Shown: positions 9,189-18,669 of the stretch, one piece after another
Layout: each line of letters starts with the position of its first letter
Position numbering within the stretch: the first letter of the stretch is position 1
IMG/VR virus record: IMGVR_UViG_2873063797_000001
Location: 25,659 to 89,658 of that record
Strand: one strand, 5' to 3'
Length of the DNA stretch: 64,000 nt
Source: a virus
Lineage: Duplodnaviria > Caudoviricetes
The notes under the pieces: model-generated
Databases searched by the model: none
Told to the model about the DNA's origin: nothing
The model's input: only the letters and a program-made list of their open reading frames with translations
Made by a program: the position numbers and the translations under genes

Positions 9189-10109
9189 CTACGCCGCGTA
9201 CCGGCGGATGGTCTTCGTGGACACTCCGTACTCGCCGGCCAGCTGCCGGACCGGCTCACCAGCCACAGTCCGCTCACGGACCTGGCTACGCTCCTGCGGC
9301 GTCAACCGCGCGTTCCCCGCCTGGTAGCCGCCCGCCAGGGACGTATCGGCGTGGCCGCACATGTGCTCCCGCGACGCCTTCAAGCTCTTCGCAGACCGTG
9401 CCGCCCGGATCGGGCCGCCACACGACGCGTACCGCTTCCCCGTCACGATCGACCGGATCGTCTCCCTGTTCGAGCTGTACGACATCGCCAGCTCCACGTC
9501 CGTCGCCCCGGCCAGAGCCTTCTCCCGGATCGCCACCACCTCCTCCGGCGTGAACGTCCGCAGACTCGGCTGCTTCAACGCCGGGAACGCACGGCCACTG
9601 CGCTGGTACTGCTTCCGCAGCCGGTTAACCCAGTTCTCCGTCGTCTTCCGCGGCCACCGGCGCAGATGATCGATGTCGAACAGCGTCATCCCGTTCGCCA
9701 CGCACTGCTGCACAGCCGTCAGGAACTCCGCATCCGTCAGATCGGTGACCCGGAAGCCCTTCATGAACTTGGCGACCGCGACCTGGTCCACGAAGTCCTC
9801 GTCCAGGTCACAGTCCGGCTCGGGGGCAAGGTCCCGTACCGAACGCTCCTCGGACCACGACGGGACGGTCAGGGAGCCGTGCTCGTCGTGGTCGAGCCAG
9901 CCCAGTGCTTTTCCCACCGGTTGGTCCGGGTCGACGAGGCCGGCGAGGACGACGATCAGGGCGTCCTTCTCCGGCCCGGTCAGACCAGACAGGACCTGGG
10001 CGACGTCCTCGGGTCCTCCGTCACCGTGGACGAGGACGGCGAGGTTCGCCGCTTCGGGCAGCATCCGCTCGGCGAGATCACCACGCTGCTCCGGGCTCAA
10101 ACGGTTCAT
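9189..10109 (-). CDS. multi-HTH DNA-binding protein
   Basis: HTH-like segments (ATDVELAMSYSSNRETIRSIV; VRQLAGEYGVSTKTIRRY). Confidence 0.7.
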   Translation of the reverse strand: MNRLSPEQRGDLAERMLPEAANLAVLVHGDGGPEDVAQVLSGLTGPEKDALIVVLAGLVDPDQPVGKALGWLDHDEHGSLTVPSWSEERSVRDLAPEPDCDLDEDFVDQVAVAKFMKGFRVTDLTDAEFLTAVQQCVANGMTLFDIDHLRRWPRKTTENWVNRLRKQYQRSGRAFPALKQPSLRTFTPEEVVAIREKALAGATDVELAMSYSSNRETIRSIVTGKRYASCGGPIRAARSAKSLKASREHMCGHADTSLAGGYQAGNARLTPQERSQVRERTVAGEPVRQLAGEYGVSTKTIRRYAA

Positions 10110-10615
10110 GCCGCCCGCACCTCCTCCGCCGCAGCACGCGCAGACGCCGCGATCATGTCGTTGACCCGGTTCACCGTCTGCACGTTCGTCGACAACGCCG
10201 ACGCCAACTCCAGGCCGTCCAGGCCCTGCGCCCGCAGCGTCAGGAACTCGTCCAACCTGGTTGCGTAGATGTGGTCAGCGACGTTCCTGGTCCGGCCGAA
10301 CGTCGTCCCGGACCGCCTCTTGTGCAGGGCCAGACGCTCCTTCTCAGTCAGTCCACCCCACACGCCCTGGTCCTGCCGCGTCTCCAACGCCCACGACAGG
10401 CAGCGGATCCGGACCGGGCAGCCAGCACAGATCGACTTGGCTTCCGCAGCCTGCATGCGCGCGTGGACGTTGTCGCCGACCGGGAACCAGAGTTCCGGGT
10501 CGTGGCGGCGGCATTCGGCTTCATCGCGCCAGTCGCCGGTGTCGGCGGGGGTGAGGGTGGGGGTGGGCGCGGCATTCGTCGTGGGGCGGCGGGTGAGGGT
10601 GGTGGTGGGGGTCAT
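10106..10615 (-). CDS. WhiB family transcription factor with C-terminal HTH-like extension
   Basis: WRDEAEC...DPELWFP...AKSICAGCPVRIRCL...GVWGGLTEKER. Confidence 0.92.
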   Translation of the reverse strand: MTPTTTLTRRPTTNAAPTPTLTPADTGDWRDEAECRRHDPELWFPVGDNVHARMQAAEAKSICAGCPVRIRCLSWALETRQDQGVWGGLTEKERLALHKRRSGTTFGRTRNVADHIYATRLDEFLTLRAQGLDGLELASALSTNVQTVNRVNDMIAASARAAAEEVRAA

Positions 10616-11208
10616 CGGGTGGCTCCGGGGAGGGTCGGCCAGGTCGCCTTGTCGAGGGCGGCCCGGTGGGTTTTGGGGAGGTCGGTAATGGGGTGTCCGA
10701 GCCAGTCGCGGCCGGCGGCCATGAGGGCGACGGCGTCGGCGGCGTTGTCGTTGCCGTCGGTGGTCCAGTCGGGGAAGCGGCGGCTGATTTGGTCGATGAC
10801 GGCGCCCTTGGGGGCGTTGCCTTTGCCGGTGGCGTAGAGGGCGCGGGCGTTGGGGGCCATGAGGCCGACGGGGATCTCTCGGGCGTTGAGGTAGTTGTAG
10901 ATCTCCCACCAGAGCCATCCGCGTTCGTGGGCTCCGCCTCCGCTGCGGGAGACGGCGGGGAGTTCGATGACGACGAGGTCGGGGCGGCCGATGGTGTCGA
11001 GGATGAGGGTGCGGACGTGCTGGAGGGCCTCGCGTCGTTCGGGATGGGGTAGGGCGGTGATGGGGCGCTTCTTGTCGGTCCAGCCGACGACGGTGCACCA
11101 GCCGTTGCTGGAGGCGATTCCGGTGGCTGTGAGGGAGGGGTCGACTCCGATGACGGTGTTCCAGGGGTCTCGGGGGATGTAGCGCTGGTCGGGGGCGGTG
11201 AGGGTCAC
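10612..11208 (-). CDS. RuvC-like Holliday junction resolvase
   Basis: VIGVDPSLTATG...LVVIE...YATGKGNAPK...DNAADA. Confidence 0.88.
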   Translation of the reverse strand: MTLTAPDQRYIPRDPWNTVIGVDPSLTATGIASSNGWCTVVGWTDKKRPITALPHPERREALQHVRTLILDTIGRPDLVVIELPAVSRSGGGAHERGWLWWEIYNYLNAREIPVGLMAPNARALYATGKGNAPKGAVIDQISRRFPDWTTDGNDNAADAVALMAAGRDWLGHPITDLPKTHRAALDKATWPTLPGATR

Positions 11209-11426
11209 AGGGGGATCTCCTGTACGGGTGTGGGGCCGGTTCGGGTGGTGCGGAGGTGGGTGGCGTGGCCGGGGCGGTTGCCGAGGTGGAGGTGGCCGCA
11301 CCAGGTGCAGCGGTATTGCTTGAAGTGGGGTCCGCCTTGGCCGCGTATTTGTCGGGCGCGTCGTCGGGCTGCTTTGCGGCTGGGGAAGGGGGTTTTGCCG
11401 TGGCAGGCGGCGAGGTAGGCGTTCAT
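11205..11426 (-). CDS. small zinc-finger-like protein
   Basis: CHGK..F...YRCTWCGHLHL. Confidence 0.7.
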   Translation of the reverse strand: MNAYLAACHGKTPFPSRKAARRRARQIRGQGGPHFKQYRCTWCGHLHLGNRPGHATHLRTTRTGPTPVQEIPL

Positions 11427-11623
11427 CGGGTGGGTTCGGGGAGGTGGAGGTCGCGGGCGAGGTTGAGGCGGATGTCGTGGGCGATGGCTTCGTTGTGGAG
11501 GAAGCGGACGACGATGGCGAGTCTGCGGCGGTGGCCGGCGAGGTCGTTCTCGGCGGAGACCAGGTCGGGGTGCCGGTGGTGGAGTTCGTCGGCGAGTTCG
11601 GTGACGTAGGCCTGGTCAGCCAT
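11423..11623 (-). CDS. hypothetical protein
   Basis: Coupled 66-aa ORF. Confidence 0.55.
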   Translation of the reverse strand: MADQAYVTELADELHHRHPDLVSAENDLAGHRRRLAIVVRFLHNEAIAHDIRLNLARDLHLPEPTR

Positions 11624-11924
11624 GGGGGTGCTCCCGCGTCCAGGGGCCGTATCCGATACCGAGGGCGAAGGCAACGCGTTGTGCTGCCTGGACGTCGAAG
11701 CAGGGCCAGGTGTCGCGGTCGCGCCAGCAGTGGTGTCCGGTTTCGTCGGGGCCGTGGAGTTCGGCTGTGTCGAGGAGCCAGAGGCTGAGTTGCCCTTCGA
11801 GGTATCCGTCGCGGCGGCGGAGTTCGGCTGCTGCGGTGTGGAGTTCGCTGCGGGGGCTGGTGGGGCCGATGTCGGCGGCGGGCGCCGCGTAGAGGGCTTC
11901 GAGCTGGTCTCGGGTGTCAGCCAT
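11616..11924 (-). CDS. hypothetical protein
   Basis: 102-aa ORF overlapping both neighbours. Confidence 0.6.
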   Translation of the reverse strand: MADTRDQLEALYAAPAADIGPTSPRSELHTAAAELRRRDGYLEGQLSLWLLDTAELHGPDETGHHCWRDRDTWPCFDVQAAQRVAFALGIGYGPWTREHPHG

Positions 11925-12486
11925 CGCGGTCTCCGTCCAGGGCTGCCCGGAGGCGGGAGACAGGGACGGTGTGGGACCAGTCGGTGCCCTCGTAGTCGTC
12001 CAGGACCTCGCGGGCCACGGCGATGCGGGCTTCGGCCTGCTGCCGGAACTCGTGCGGGGTGGGACGGCGGCGGCGCTGGATGGTGACGGTGTAGGAGTCG
12101 GCCGGGTTCTGTCCGTCCTGGAGGTCGAGAGCCACGGACGGCTCGTTGGCGACTATCTCGGTCTCGAGGTAGTTCTGTGCGCCGTAGCTGTTCAGCATGG
12201 TCCGCATGGAGGCGACGAGCGTCAGGAGGATCTCGCGGGCGGGTTCGGTTTCCAGGGTGACGACGCCGTTCTCGATGTTGAGGCCCTTGAAGAGGGTGCC
12301 GTCGGCGAGGATCTCGGCGGCGAGGTCTCCGAGGGCGTCCATGACGTGGTCGGCGGCCAGGGTGAAGTCGGGCTTGCGACCGGTGCGGCGCCATTCGGTC
12401 CAGGAGGCGGCGAGGGCGTTCTGAATGGCGGTGTGGGCCTGGTTGCGGCGGTGTTCGCGCTGGGTGTCGGTGAGGTCCGTGGTCAC
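11917..12486 (-). CDS. hypothetical protein
   Basis: GTG start coupled to upstream stop; ordinary composition compared with the Arg/Pro-rich upstream extension. Confidence 0.65.
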   Translation of the reverse strand: MTTDLTDTQREHRRNQAHTAIQNALAASWTEWRRTGRKPDFTLAADHVMDALGDLAAEILADGTLFKGLNIENGVVTLETEPAREILLTLVASMRTMLNSYGAQNYLETEIVANEPSVALDLQDGQNPADSYTVTIQRRRRPTPHEFRQQAEARIAVAREVLDDYEGTDWSHTVPVSRLRAALDGDRDG

Positions 12487-13097
12487 GGCTGCGGGTGCTC
12501 CTTGGGCTGGTCCTGGTCGGCGCGGGCGGTGAGGACGGCGGCTATCTCGGCGTGAGACAGGGGCTGGGTGTCGGCTGCGGCGGACCGGGCGCGGGTGAGG
12601 GCGTCTCCGAGGGCGCGTACCGCGGGGTTCGGTGCGGCCGGCGTGGGGGCGGTGTCGGTGCGCTGGTCGCAGAGGGCGGTGATCTGCCGGGCGCGGTGGA
12701 GTTCCTGCGCGGTGTGGATGGTGTAGACGTGGGCGGCGCCGTGGGGGCAGCGGATCGCGGCGTGGAAGGTGGGGGTGTGGTCGGTGGTGGCGTGGGCGGG
12801 GGTGTGGGTGATGACGGTGCCGTCGTTGAGTCGGGCGGTGGGGCCGTGCCAGGTGCGGACGGGGATGGGGAGGCGGGCGGTTGCGGAGGCGAGGGCGGCG
12901 CGGGCGGCGGCTTGTTCTTGGGCGCCCATGGGGCCGACGAACACGCGGCGGCGGACGGGGAGGGGTTCGCGAAGGTCGACGATGGTGGTGGCGTTGACGG
13001 GAGTGTTTTTGGGGCGGGCTTTGGTGGTGGTTTTGCGGGCCCGGGGGGTTGTCTTCTTCGCGGTTTGCTTGTTCGCGTTGCGTGTTCTGGTGGCCAT
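12483..13097 (-). CDS. hypothetical protein with basic Lys/Thr-rich N-terminus
   Basis: 204-aa ORF with GGAGG RBS. Confidence 0.7.
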   Translation of the reverse strand: MATRTRNANKQTAKKTTPRARKTTTKARPKNTPVNATTIVDLREPLPVRRRVFVGPMGAQEQAAARAALASATARLPIPVRTWHGPTARLNDGTVITHTPAHATTDHTPTFHAAIRCPHGAAHVYTIHTAQELHRARQITALCDQRTDTAPTPAAPNPAVRALGDALTRARSAAADTQPLSHAEIAAVLTARADQDQPKEHPQP

Positions 13098-13157
13098 CGT
13101 GGGCCTCCGTCCTGGGTTGGGGCTGGGTGGTGCTCCGGTGCTCGTGCTGGGCGGCTG

Positions 13158-13451
13158 CTAGAGGCCGGCTGCGGTCTGTTGGGCGGCGGCCACGATGCAG
13201 TCGGCGGCGTGCAGGTGGTCGGCGGGAAGGCGGTAGTCGTCGTGCTCCCGCTCCGGCTGGCACTGGCAGACCAGGGACTCGATGAAGGCGAGTTCCTTCT
13301 TGACGGCGGTCAGCTCGTCCAGGGCTTCGCCGAGTACCTCGGTGCGGACCGCGTTGTACAAGCGCTCCACGCGGGCATCGGTGGTTTCTCGGGGTGTCCA
13401 CATGTCGCTGAGGAGGCTGACGTACCGCCGGATCTCGTCGCGGGCGGTCAT
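13158..13451 (-). CDS. hypothetical protein
   Basis: MTARDEIRRY... coupled to upstream stop. Confidence 0.6.
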   Translation of the reverse strand: MTARDEIRRYVSLLSDMWTPRETTDARVERLYNAVRTEVLGEALDELTAVKKELAFIESLVCQCQPEREHDDYRLPADHLHAADCIVAAAQQTAAGL

Positions 13452-13681
13452 GCTGTCTGCTCGTTCTGCGCGAGGGCGTGGGTGACCTGGATCTGGTGGA
13501 GGTAGCCGTCGGCGTAGCCCTGGGCCCAGAGGCGGTCGTACTGGTCGGCCATGGAGGCACGGTCGTGGGCCTGGCGGGCGGGGAGCTTGCTGATGGCGTC
13601 GAGTTCGCCGTCGAAGTAGCCGGCGTTGTAGGAGTTGTCGTCGGCGGAGGTGGCGTCCGTGGTGAAGGTCGGCATGGTCAT
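13448..13681 (-). CDS. hypothetical protein
   Basis: 77-aa ORF with two GY.DG-type motifs; AAAGGG RBS. Confidence 0.65.
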   Translation of the reverse strand: MTMPTFTTDATSADDNSYNAGYFDGELDAISKLPARQAHDRASMADQYDRLWAQGYADGYLHQIQVTHALAQNEQTA

Positions 13682-13693
13682 GGTGTGGCCCTT

Positions 13694-14008
13694 TCAGGCG
13701 GCGTGGGGGGTGGGGAGGTCGGCGTCGGGCTGGTCCGTGTCGAGGGCCAGGGCGTGGACACGGATGCGAGGGGAGGCCGGGTTGTCGGGGTCGGTGCGGG
13801 TGTGGAGGGTCCACATGCAGACGCCGGAGCCGTGGGGGGCGTCCTGGCAGGTGATGCGGCCGCCGAGGGCGTACCACCAGGTGGTGAGGTCGTCGAGGCT
13901 GGTGGTGAAGACGTGGGCTTCGGTGCCGTGGTCGGTGATGCGGGCGTGGGGGAGGTTGTTGAGGTCGGCTGCGGTTTCGGCCTGGATGGCGGGGGTGAGG
14001 GTGTGCAT
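13694..14008 (-). CDS. hypothetical protein
   Basis: MHTLTPAIQ... with GGGAG RBS. Confidence 0.6.
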   Translation of the reverse strand: MHTLTPAIQAETAADLNNLPHARITDHGTEAHVFTTSLDDLTTWWYALGGRITCQDAPHGSGVCMWTLHTRTDPDNPASPRIRVHALALDTDQPDADLPTPHAA

Positions 14009-14093
14009 GCGGGGCTCCCTGGTGCGGAGGGTGGCTGCTGGGGGCCGGCCGCGCGGTGTCGGCTTCACGCGTGGCCGGCCCCGGTCTTGGGGG

Positions 14094-14426
14094 TCAGGCG
14101 GTTTCGCGGTGCTGGTCGGCGCACCAGGGGCACTGGTGGCGGCCGAGGTTGTAGCCGTCGCCGGGTTCGATGACGTGGGCGTCGGGGTCGGCGGCGTCGA
14201 AGATGGTGGGGCACCAGCAGGAGCAGCCGCAGCGGCGGATCTCGGTGCCGTAGGGGATGCGGAGGCCGGCGATGGACGCGGCGGCGAGCATGAGGGCGAC
14301 GTATTCGCCGTTGTCGGCGGTGTTGTCGGCGAGTTCCATGGCGTGGTCGAAGCGGTCCTGGTCGTCGGTGCTCAGGGTCCGGTAGTTGGCTTCGAGGCGT
14401 GCGGGGGCGTGCGTCATCAGGGCCAT
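14094..14426 (-). CDS. zinc-finger hypothetical protein
   Basis: CGCSCWC...CPWC; first gene after the promoter at 14497-14529. Confidence 0.65.
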   Translation of the reverse strand: MALMTHAPARLEANYRTLSTDDQDRFDHAMELADNTADNGEYVALMLAAASIAGLRIPYGTEIRRCGCSCWCPTIFDAADPDAHVIEPGDGYNLGRHQCPWCADQHRETA

Positions 14427-14496
14427 GGGTGGCTCCGGGTGTTGAAGGGGGGTACTCCGCCTGCCGGTTGAGGGGCTAGGCGTTGTCGGCCCATTC

Positions 14497-14529
14497 AAAG
14501 TAGCCCATATTCCATGGCGTTAGCAATAG
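14497..14529 (-). promoter_or_regulatory. promoter TTGCTA-N18-TACTTT with operator CCATGG-N6-CAATAG (14512-14529)
   Basis: Shares CCCATATTCCATGGCGT and flanks with 8560-8576. Confidence 0.7.
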
Positions 14530-14553
14530 GTCTACGGGTGTGGGCATGAGAAA

Positions 14554-14580
14554 AGCCCCGACCCGGTTCGGGTCAGGGCT
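14554..14580 (-). terminator. intrinsic terminator
   Basis: 12-bp stem (one G-U) followed by TTTC on the minus strand. Confidence 0.65.
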
Positions 14581-14606
14581 CTGTGTCTCGGTTGTGCCGG
14601 CGGTAG

Positions 14607-14876
14607 TCAGGGCCAGTCGGAGGACGCTCTGAGCTTGGCCGCGGTCCGCTTGAAGTGGGCGGTGAGGACGTCGGACCAGTCGACGTACTTTACGGATCCG
14701 GTGCGGCCACGGACGCTGACCGTTGTGATTCCGTCCTCTTTCACCCACCGGCGGATCGTGTCCGGGCGAGCGTCATGCCCGGTGCGGGCGAGGAGTGCGG
14801 ACGCCTCGTTGTACGTGACCGGTTGCTCGAGGTCCTCGATGGACTCGGGGCGCGGGCTGTGGTGCAGTGCGGCCAT
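14607..14876 (-). CDS. HTH DNA-binding protein (excisionase/MerR-like)
   Basis: VTYNEASALL...RPDTIRRWVKEDGI. Confidence 0.7.
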   Translation of the reverse strand: MAALHHSPRPESIEDLEQPVTYNEASALLARTGHDARPDTIRRWVKEDGITTVSVRGRTGSVKYVDWSDVLTAHFKRTAAKLRASSDWP

Positions 14877-15013
14877 GGTGGCGGCCTCCCAGATCAGCGG
14901 CCGCAGTTCGCAGCTCCAGCAGCCGATACGGGTGGATGGCGAGGCATCCGGTGTGGTGGTGGTGTCGTGCGTGTTCAGTTGTGGTGGTGGTTCTTAGACC
15001 GGCGGGTGGGGGT

Positions 15014-15553
15014 CTAGGTTGCGTTGCGGCGCCAGATTTCTGTGCGCTCGATTTTCTGGGCGGCGAGCCGGGCCAATGTCCAGCTGGTGGAGAGGCCTTC
15101 GGGGGTGGTGCAGCGGCGGTTGGTGCAGCGGGCGCGGCGTGCGGCCGAATCCCACATGAGACCCCAGTACCCGCAGCCGGGGCACGGCTGCTTGCAGACC
15201 TCGTCGGTCTCGCCGAGGCGTACGGCGTGCTCGAGGCGCTGCTTTTCGAAGAGGTGCTCGCGGTGTGCCTGCTGGGCCTGGTCGGCGTCGCCGGTCGCGT
15301 TGATCGACCACTCGTAGAGGTCGGCGCGGGTGGCGGGCATGGGGCCGGCGTCGGGGGCTATCTCGCGGGTGAGCGCGATGACTTCGCCGGCCTTCTCGGC
15401 GAGGTAGTCGACGAGGCCGATGTTCAGTGGTGCGCCGGCCGTGGTGGAGGGGTTGCGGCGTTCCTGGGGTCCGTTGGCGGGGTGGTGTCGGAGTTCGGGG
15501 GAGTCGAGCAGGCGGAGGGCTTTTGCTGCGGCTGTGGCGGTGTCTTGGCCCAT
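15014..15553 (-). CDS. zinc-ribbon phage protein
   Basis: CPGCGYWGL...CTNRRC; start chosen at MGQDT after AGGGG. Confidence 0.7.
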   Translation of the reverse strand: MGQDTATAAAKALRLLDSPELRHHPANGPQERRNPSTTAGAPLNIGLVDYLAEKAGEVIALTREIAPDAGPMPATRADLYEWSINATGDADQAQQAHREHLFEKQRLEHAVRLGETDEVCKQPCPGCGYWGLMWDSAARRARCTNRRCTTPEGLSTSWTLARLAAQKIERTEIWRRNAT

Positions 15554-15785
15554 GTGTCCCCGTCCCCTGTTGCTGGCCGTCCCGTGGGGGCGCATGCGGG
15601 GCCTGTGTGGGGCAGGGGCGTGCGCGGGTGGCCGGATGCTGTTGCTCCGGGTGTTCCGGACGCCCCATCGTGCCACGAACTGGTCGCGTGTTGAACAGAG
15701 TGTGGCAAAGGATCAACGGTTGGTTGCTGTTGTTGCAGTTTGGTGACTGGCGGTAACTGTCAAAACCCCCGGCATATGCGGATGT

Positions 15786-16139
15786 TCAGGCGAGGAGCCC
15801 TGGTGCCGCGGCCATTCCATCGAGCATTCCGACGAGGTCGGCGTGCGCCGGCTTGTCGATGAGGCCCTGGGCGAGAGCGCCGTCCAGGGTGCGGCGCATC
15901 AGGCTGAGGCTGATCAGGAACGCTTCGGCGGTGTCCTCGTCGGTGAGAGTCCTTCGGTGGTCGGCGAAGGCTTTCTCGATGGTGGCGGCGAGGCGCTGCT
16001 GGGGGGTGAGGTCGCCGGACGGTTCGGGCATGGCCGCCTCCTGGTGGCGGCGGGTACGGCGGGGGCGCCGGAACGCGAACACGGTGGCGGTGCAGCCGTC
16101 GCCGGGGTCGGGTCCGGTGTGGGCGGGTTCTGCGGACAT
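15786..16139 (-). CDS. hypothetical protein
   Basis: GGAG RBS before MSAEP; alternative start at 16031. Confidence 0.6.
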   Translation of the reverse strand: MSAEPAHTGPDPGDGCTATVFAFRRPRRTRRHQEAAMPEPSGDLTPQQRLAATIEKAFADHRRTLTDEDTAEAFLISLSLMRRTLDGALAQGLIDKPAHADLVGMLDGMAAAPGLLA

Positions 16140-16493
16140 GGGGCGTCTCCGCTCCTCCGGCAGATTCGGGAAGGTCCTCGTACAGCCTGGTATTCGCAGT
16201 ACCGGGCCCTGTAGGTTGCACGCCGACTGCCAGTCCGGTGTGCGGGTGCTTACTGTGTCACTTTGTACGGTAGGTGGGGTAGACACGTCTGAGTATTGAG
16301 CAGGTAATGACGCGTGTTCTGGCCAAAGTGTGACGTGCTGTAGGCCGAATCCCAACACCCGGTGACTACTTGCGGGTTGCATGAAAAATGCCCCGCACTG
16401 GCTGCGGTGGGGGTGCGGAGTTGCCGACAACACACCGCCCGGCTTCCAGTGGGGGCCGAGACCTCACGGGCGCAGGCCCGTCCGGTAGACGTC

Positions 16494-16520
16494 AGTCTAG
16501 TGCGGAAGCCCTTTGCGGGG
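16494..16520 (-). promoter_or_regulatory. putative promoter CCCCGCAAAGGGCTTC-N5-TAGACT
   Basis: Identical 16-mer, spacing and -10 hexamer at 30551-30577. Confidence 0.55.
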
Positions 16521-16830
16521 GAGCCCCTTGCTGCCCCTGGCCGTCTCAGTTGCGGCCGGTGGGGTGTGGGGGTGGCCGGGAGTGGCGCGGGTTCTGCCGC
16601 GGTGGCCGGGATACGGCCGGTGGGCTGCGATCCACGCGGCCGCTCCCGGCCGTGCGGCCACCAACCGGATCGGTGTGGTGGCGGGTTCCACCCAACCCGC
16701 AGATATATGCACCATGGAAGTCCGGTCTGGGGGAGATCACTCGTGTGAGTGACGCAGAAACCCCGGCAAGAGTGGGCAACTGACCCAGATTCAAGACGGC
16801 AGGTCGGGCCGTGTCCGGAACGCAGAAAGG

Positions 16831-16870
16831 GGGCCCCGCCCTCCCGTCGGTGGACGGGGAGGCGGGGCCC
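16831..16870 (-). terminator. terminator after parB
   Basis: 18-bp near-perfect stem just downstream of the parB stop, followed by CCTTTCT. Confidence 0.65.
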
Positions 16871-16879
16871 TCGGGCTGT

Positions 16880-18007
16880 TCAGTGGGCGGTGTCGGCAGT
16901 CTCGTCGACCAGGCCCCGGGCCAGCTCTTGCAACCGCTGCGGAGCGCGGTCCCGGGCCATCCTGTTGATGATCTCCACCAGTTCGAAGAACAGGTCCTCG
17001 TCGGGCATCTTCGCCCCGACGAGCATGGCGACCGCGCCGGGCTTGTCCCACTCGATCGGCCGCGGGGACCGGGCCTCGGCGGGCGTGGACCGCGGTTCGG
17101 GGATCACCTCCGTCGCGGGCGGTCGGACGGAAGTCGGTGCAGTTGTCTTCTCTTCTGACGGCGTCGGGTCGACGGACCCACTAGGTGGGGAAGGCGTCGG
17201 CGCCGGCGTGAGGGCAGGCGCCGGAGCCGTTTCCGGCCGGTCGGCGTATACCGCGGTATACGCGTCGGGCGTCTTCTCGGGCTCGGCGGCCGTCGTCTTC
17301 GGCGCGCGGGTGACCGGAACCGGTGTCGGTGCCTGGGGCTGCTCTTGGTCTGCCTTCCACGCGGCGTACTGCTCTGCGGCGGGCAGGGAGGCGTAGCGGC
17401 GCATGTCCCGGAACGCGGTCAGCTTCCCCTCGAGGACGAGCTGCACCATCTCATCGGAGAGCCGCAGCAGGCCGATCCGCTGGTTGAACCACGCCTTGGA
17501 CTTGCCCATGGCGCGGGCGGCCGCGGCCTGGTTCCCGTCGTGGAGTTCAAGCATGGCGCGCAGGCCGTCGGCTTCTTCGATGGGATTGAAGTTGGCGCGC
17601 TGCACGTTCTCGGACAGGACCGCGGCAAGGAACCGGATCCGGGACTCGGTGAGGTCGTGCCGCAGGAGCAGGTCGACGGTGCCGAGGCCGACCTGACGTG
17701 CTGCGCGCCAGCGTCGTTCGCCGGCGGCCATCACGTACCGGCAACTGTCGGGCAGCTGGCCGGCGTGCTCCGGGTACAGCTTGAGGTAGGCGGCCTTGTT
17801 CACGGCGACGCACGGCTGGAGCTGCCCGCCGCGCATGTCCTCGCCGAGTTCGGTGAGCTCGGTGTCGTCGAACGCCCGCCGCGGGTTGAGGGGGGTGGGG
17901 GCGACGGTGTCCGGGTGTACATGGATCAGGTCGGGGCGGCTGGCCCCGGGTACGGCCTCTACCTTGCTTCCGGCGAGCGAGGCGAGGGAGACGCGCTTGC
18001 CGGCCAT
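16880..18007 (-). CDS. parB: ParB/Spo0J family partition protein
   Basis: NPRRAF, GQLQP, GERRWRAA (CTP-binding motif), ENVQRANFNPIEEA, HTH NQAAAARAMGKSKAWFNQRI. Confidence 0.92.
   Translation of the reverse strand: MAGKRVSLASLAGSKVEAVPGASRPDLIHVHPDTVAPTPLNPRRAFDDTELTELGEDMRGGQLQPCVAVNKAAYLKLYPEHAGQLPDSCRYVMAAGERRWRAARQVGLGTVDLLLRHDLTESRIRFLAAVLSENVQRANFNPIEEADGLRAMLELHDGNQAAAARAMGKSKAWFNQRIGLLRLSDEMVQLVLEGKLTAFRDMRRYASLPAAEQYAAWKADQEQPQAPTPVPVTRAPKTTAAEPEKTPDAYTAVYADRPETAPAPALTPAPTPSPPSGSVDPTPSEEKTTAPTSVRPPATEVIPEPRSTPAEARSPRPIEWDKPGAVAMLVGAKMPDEDLFFELVEIINRMARDRAPQRLQELARGLVDETADTAH
17244..17263. promoter_or_regulatory. parS-like palindrome, copy inside parB
   Basis: Perfect 20-bp palindrome GCGTATACCGCGGTATACGC. 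Confidence 0.65.
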
Positions 18008-18669
18008 CAGCGGCGCCCTCCGTAACCGCGCTCCAGGGCGAGACGGAAGTAGTCCTCGCGGGCCCGGAGGGTGGTGCCGTTGTCGGCGTACTGGGTGACG
18101 ACCTTGCCTTCGGACGCCGCACGAGTGTGGATCTTGTAGCGGCGGATGACGGTCTTCGCCCGGGGCCAGCCCATCGCGTCGATGTAGGCGATGGTGTCCT
18201 CGAGGTCGGCTTTGCCGTCGCGGGGGTCCCAGGCGTTGATGACGACCGTGTACGGCAGGCCGCGGGGGACGATGACCCGTTCGATGGTGCGGGCGGTCGG
18301 GTCGAAGGCGAGCGGCTCCGGAGGCATGGGGACGAGGACGTCATCGGCGATGTCGAGGGCGGCGGCGAGGATGTGCTCGTTCTCGAGGCTGCCGGGGGTG
18401 TCGATGAAGATGTGCTGCCGGTCGTCGCTCTGGCCGAGGACGTCGTGGGTGACGGCGGCCAGGTTCACGGCGGTCGTGGTCTTACCGACGCCGCCCTTCT
18501 GGTTGGCGATGACGTGGATTTGCGCGCCGAGGTTTTTGAGGTCGGCGAGGCTGTCGGGGTCTTCGTGGGCGGCGGCGAAGTCGAAGGGGAGGTTGTCGCC
18601 GACGCGGTCGGCCCACCAGATGGTTGACCCTTGGGGGTCGGTGGACACGACGAGGACTGAGGACGGCAT
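18007..18669 (-). CDS. parA: ParA family ATPase with permuted N-terminal segments
   Basis: QKGGVGKTT (Walker A), VSTDPQG (A'), FIDTPG (Walker B) and conserved C-terminal half; A' precedes Walker A. Confidence 0.88.
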   Translation of the reverse strand: MPSSVLVVSTDPQGSTIWWADRVGDNLPFDFAAAHEDPDSLADLKNLGAQIHVIANQKGGVGKTTTAVNLAAVTHDVLGQSDDRQHIFIDTPGSLENEHILAAALDIADDVLVPMPPEPLAFDPTARTIERVIVPRGLPYTVVINAWDPRDGKADLEDTIAYIDAMGWPRAKTVIRRYKIHTRAASEGKVVTQYADNGTTLRAREDYFRLALERGYGGRR

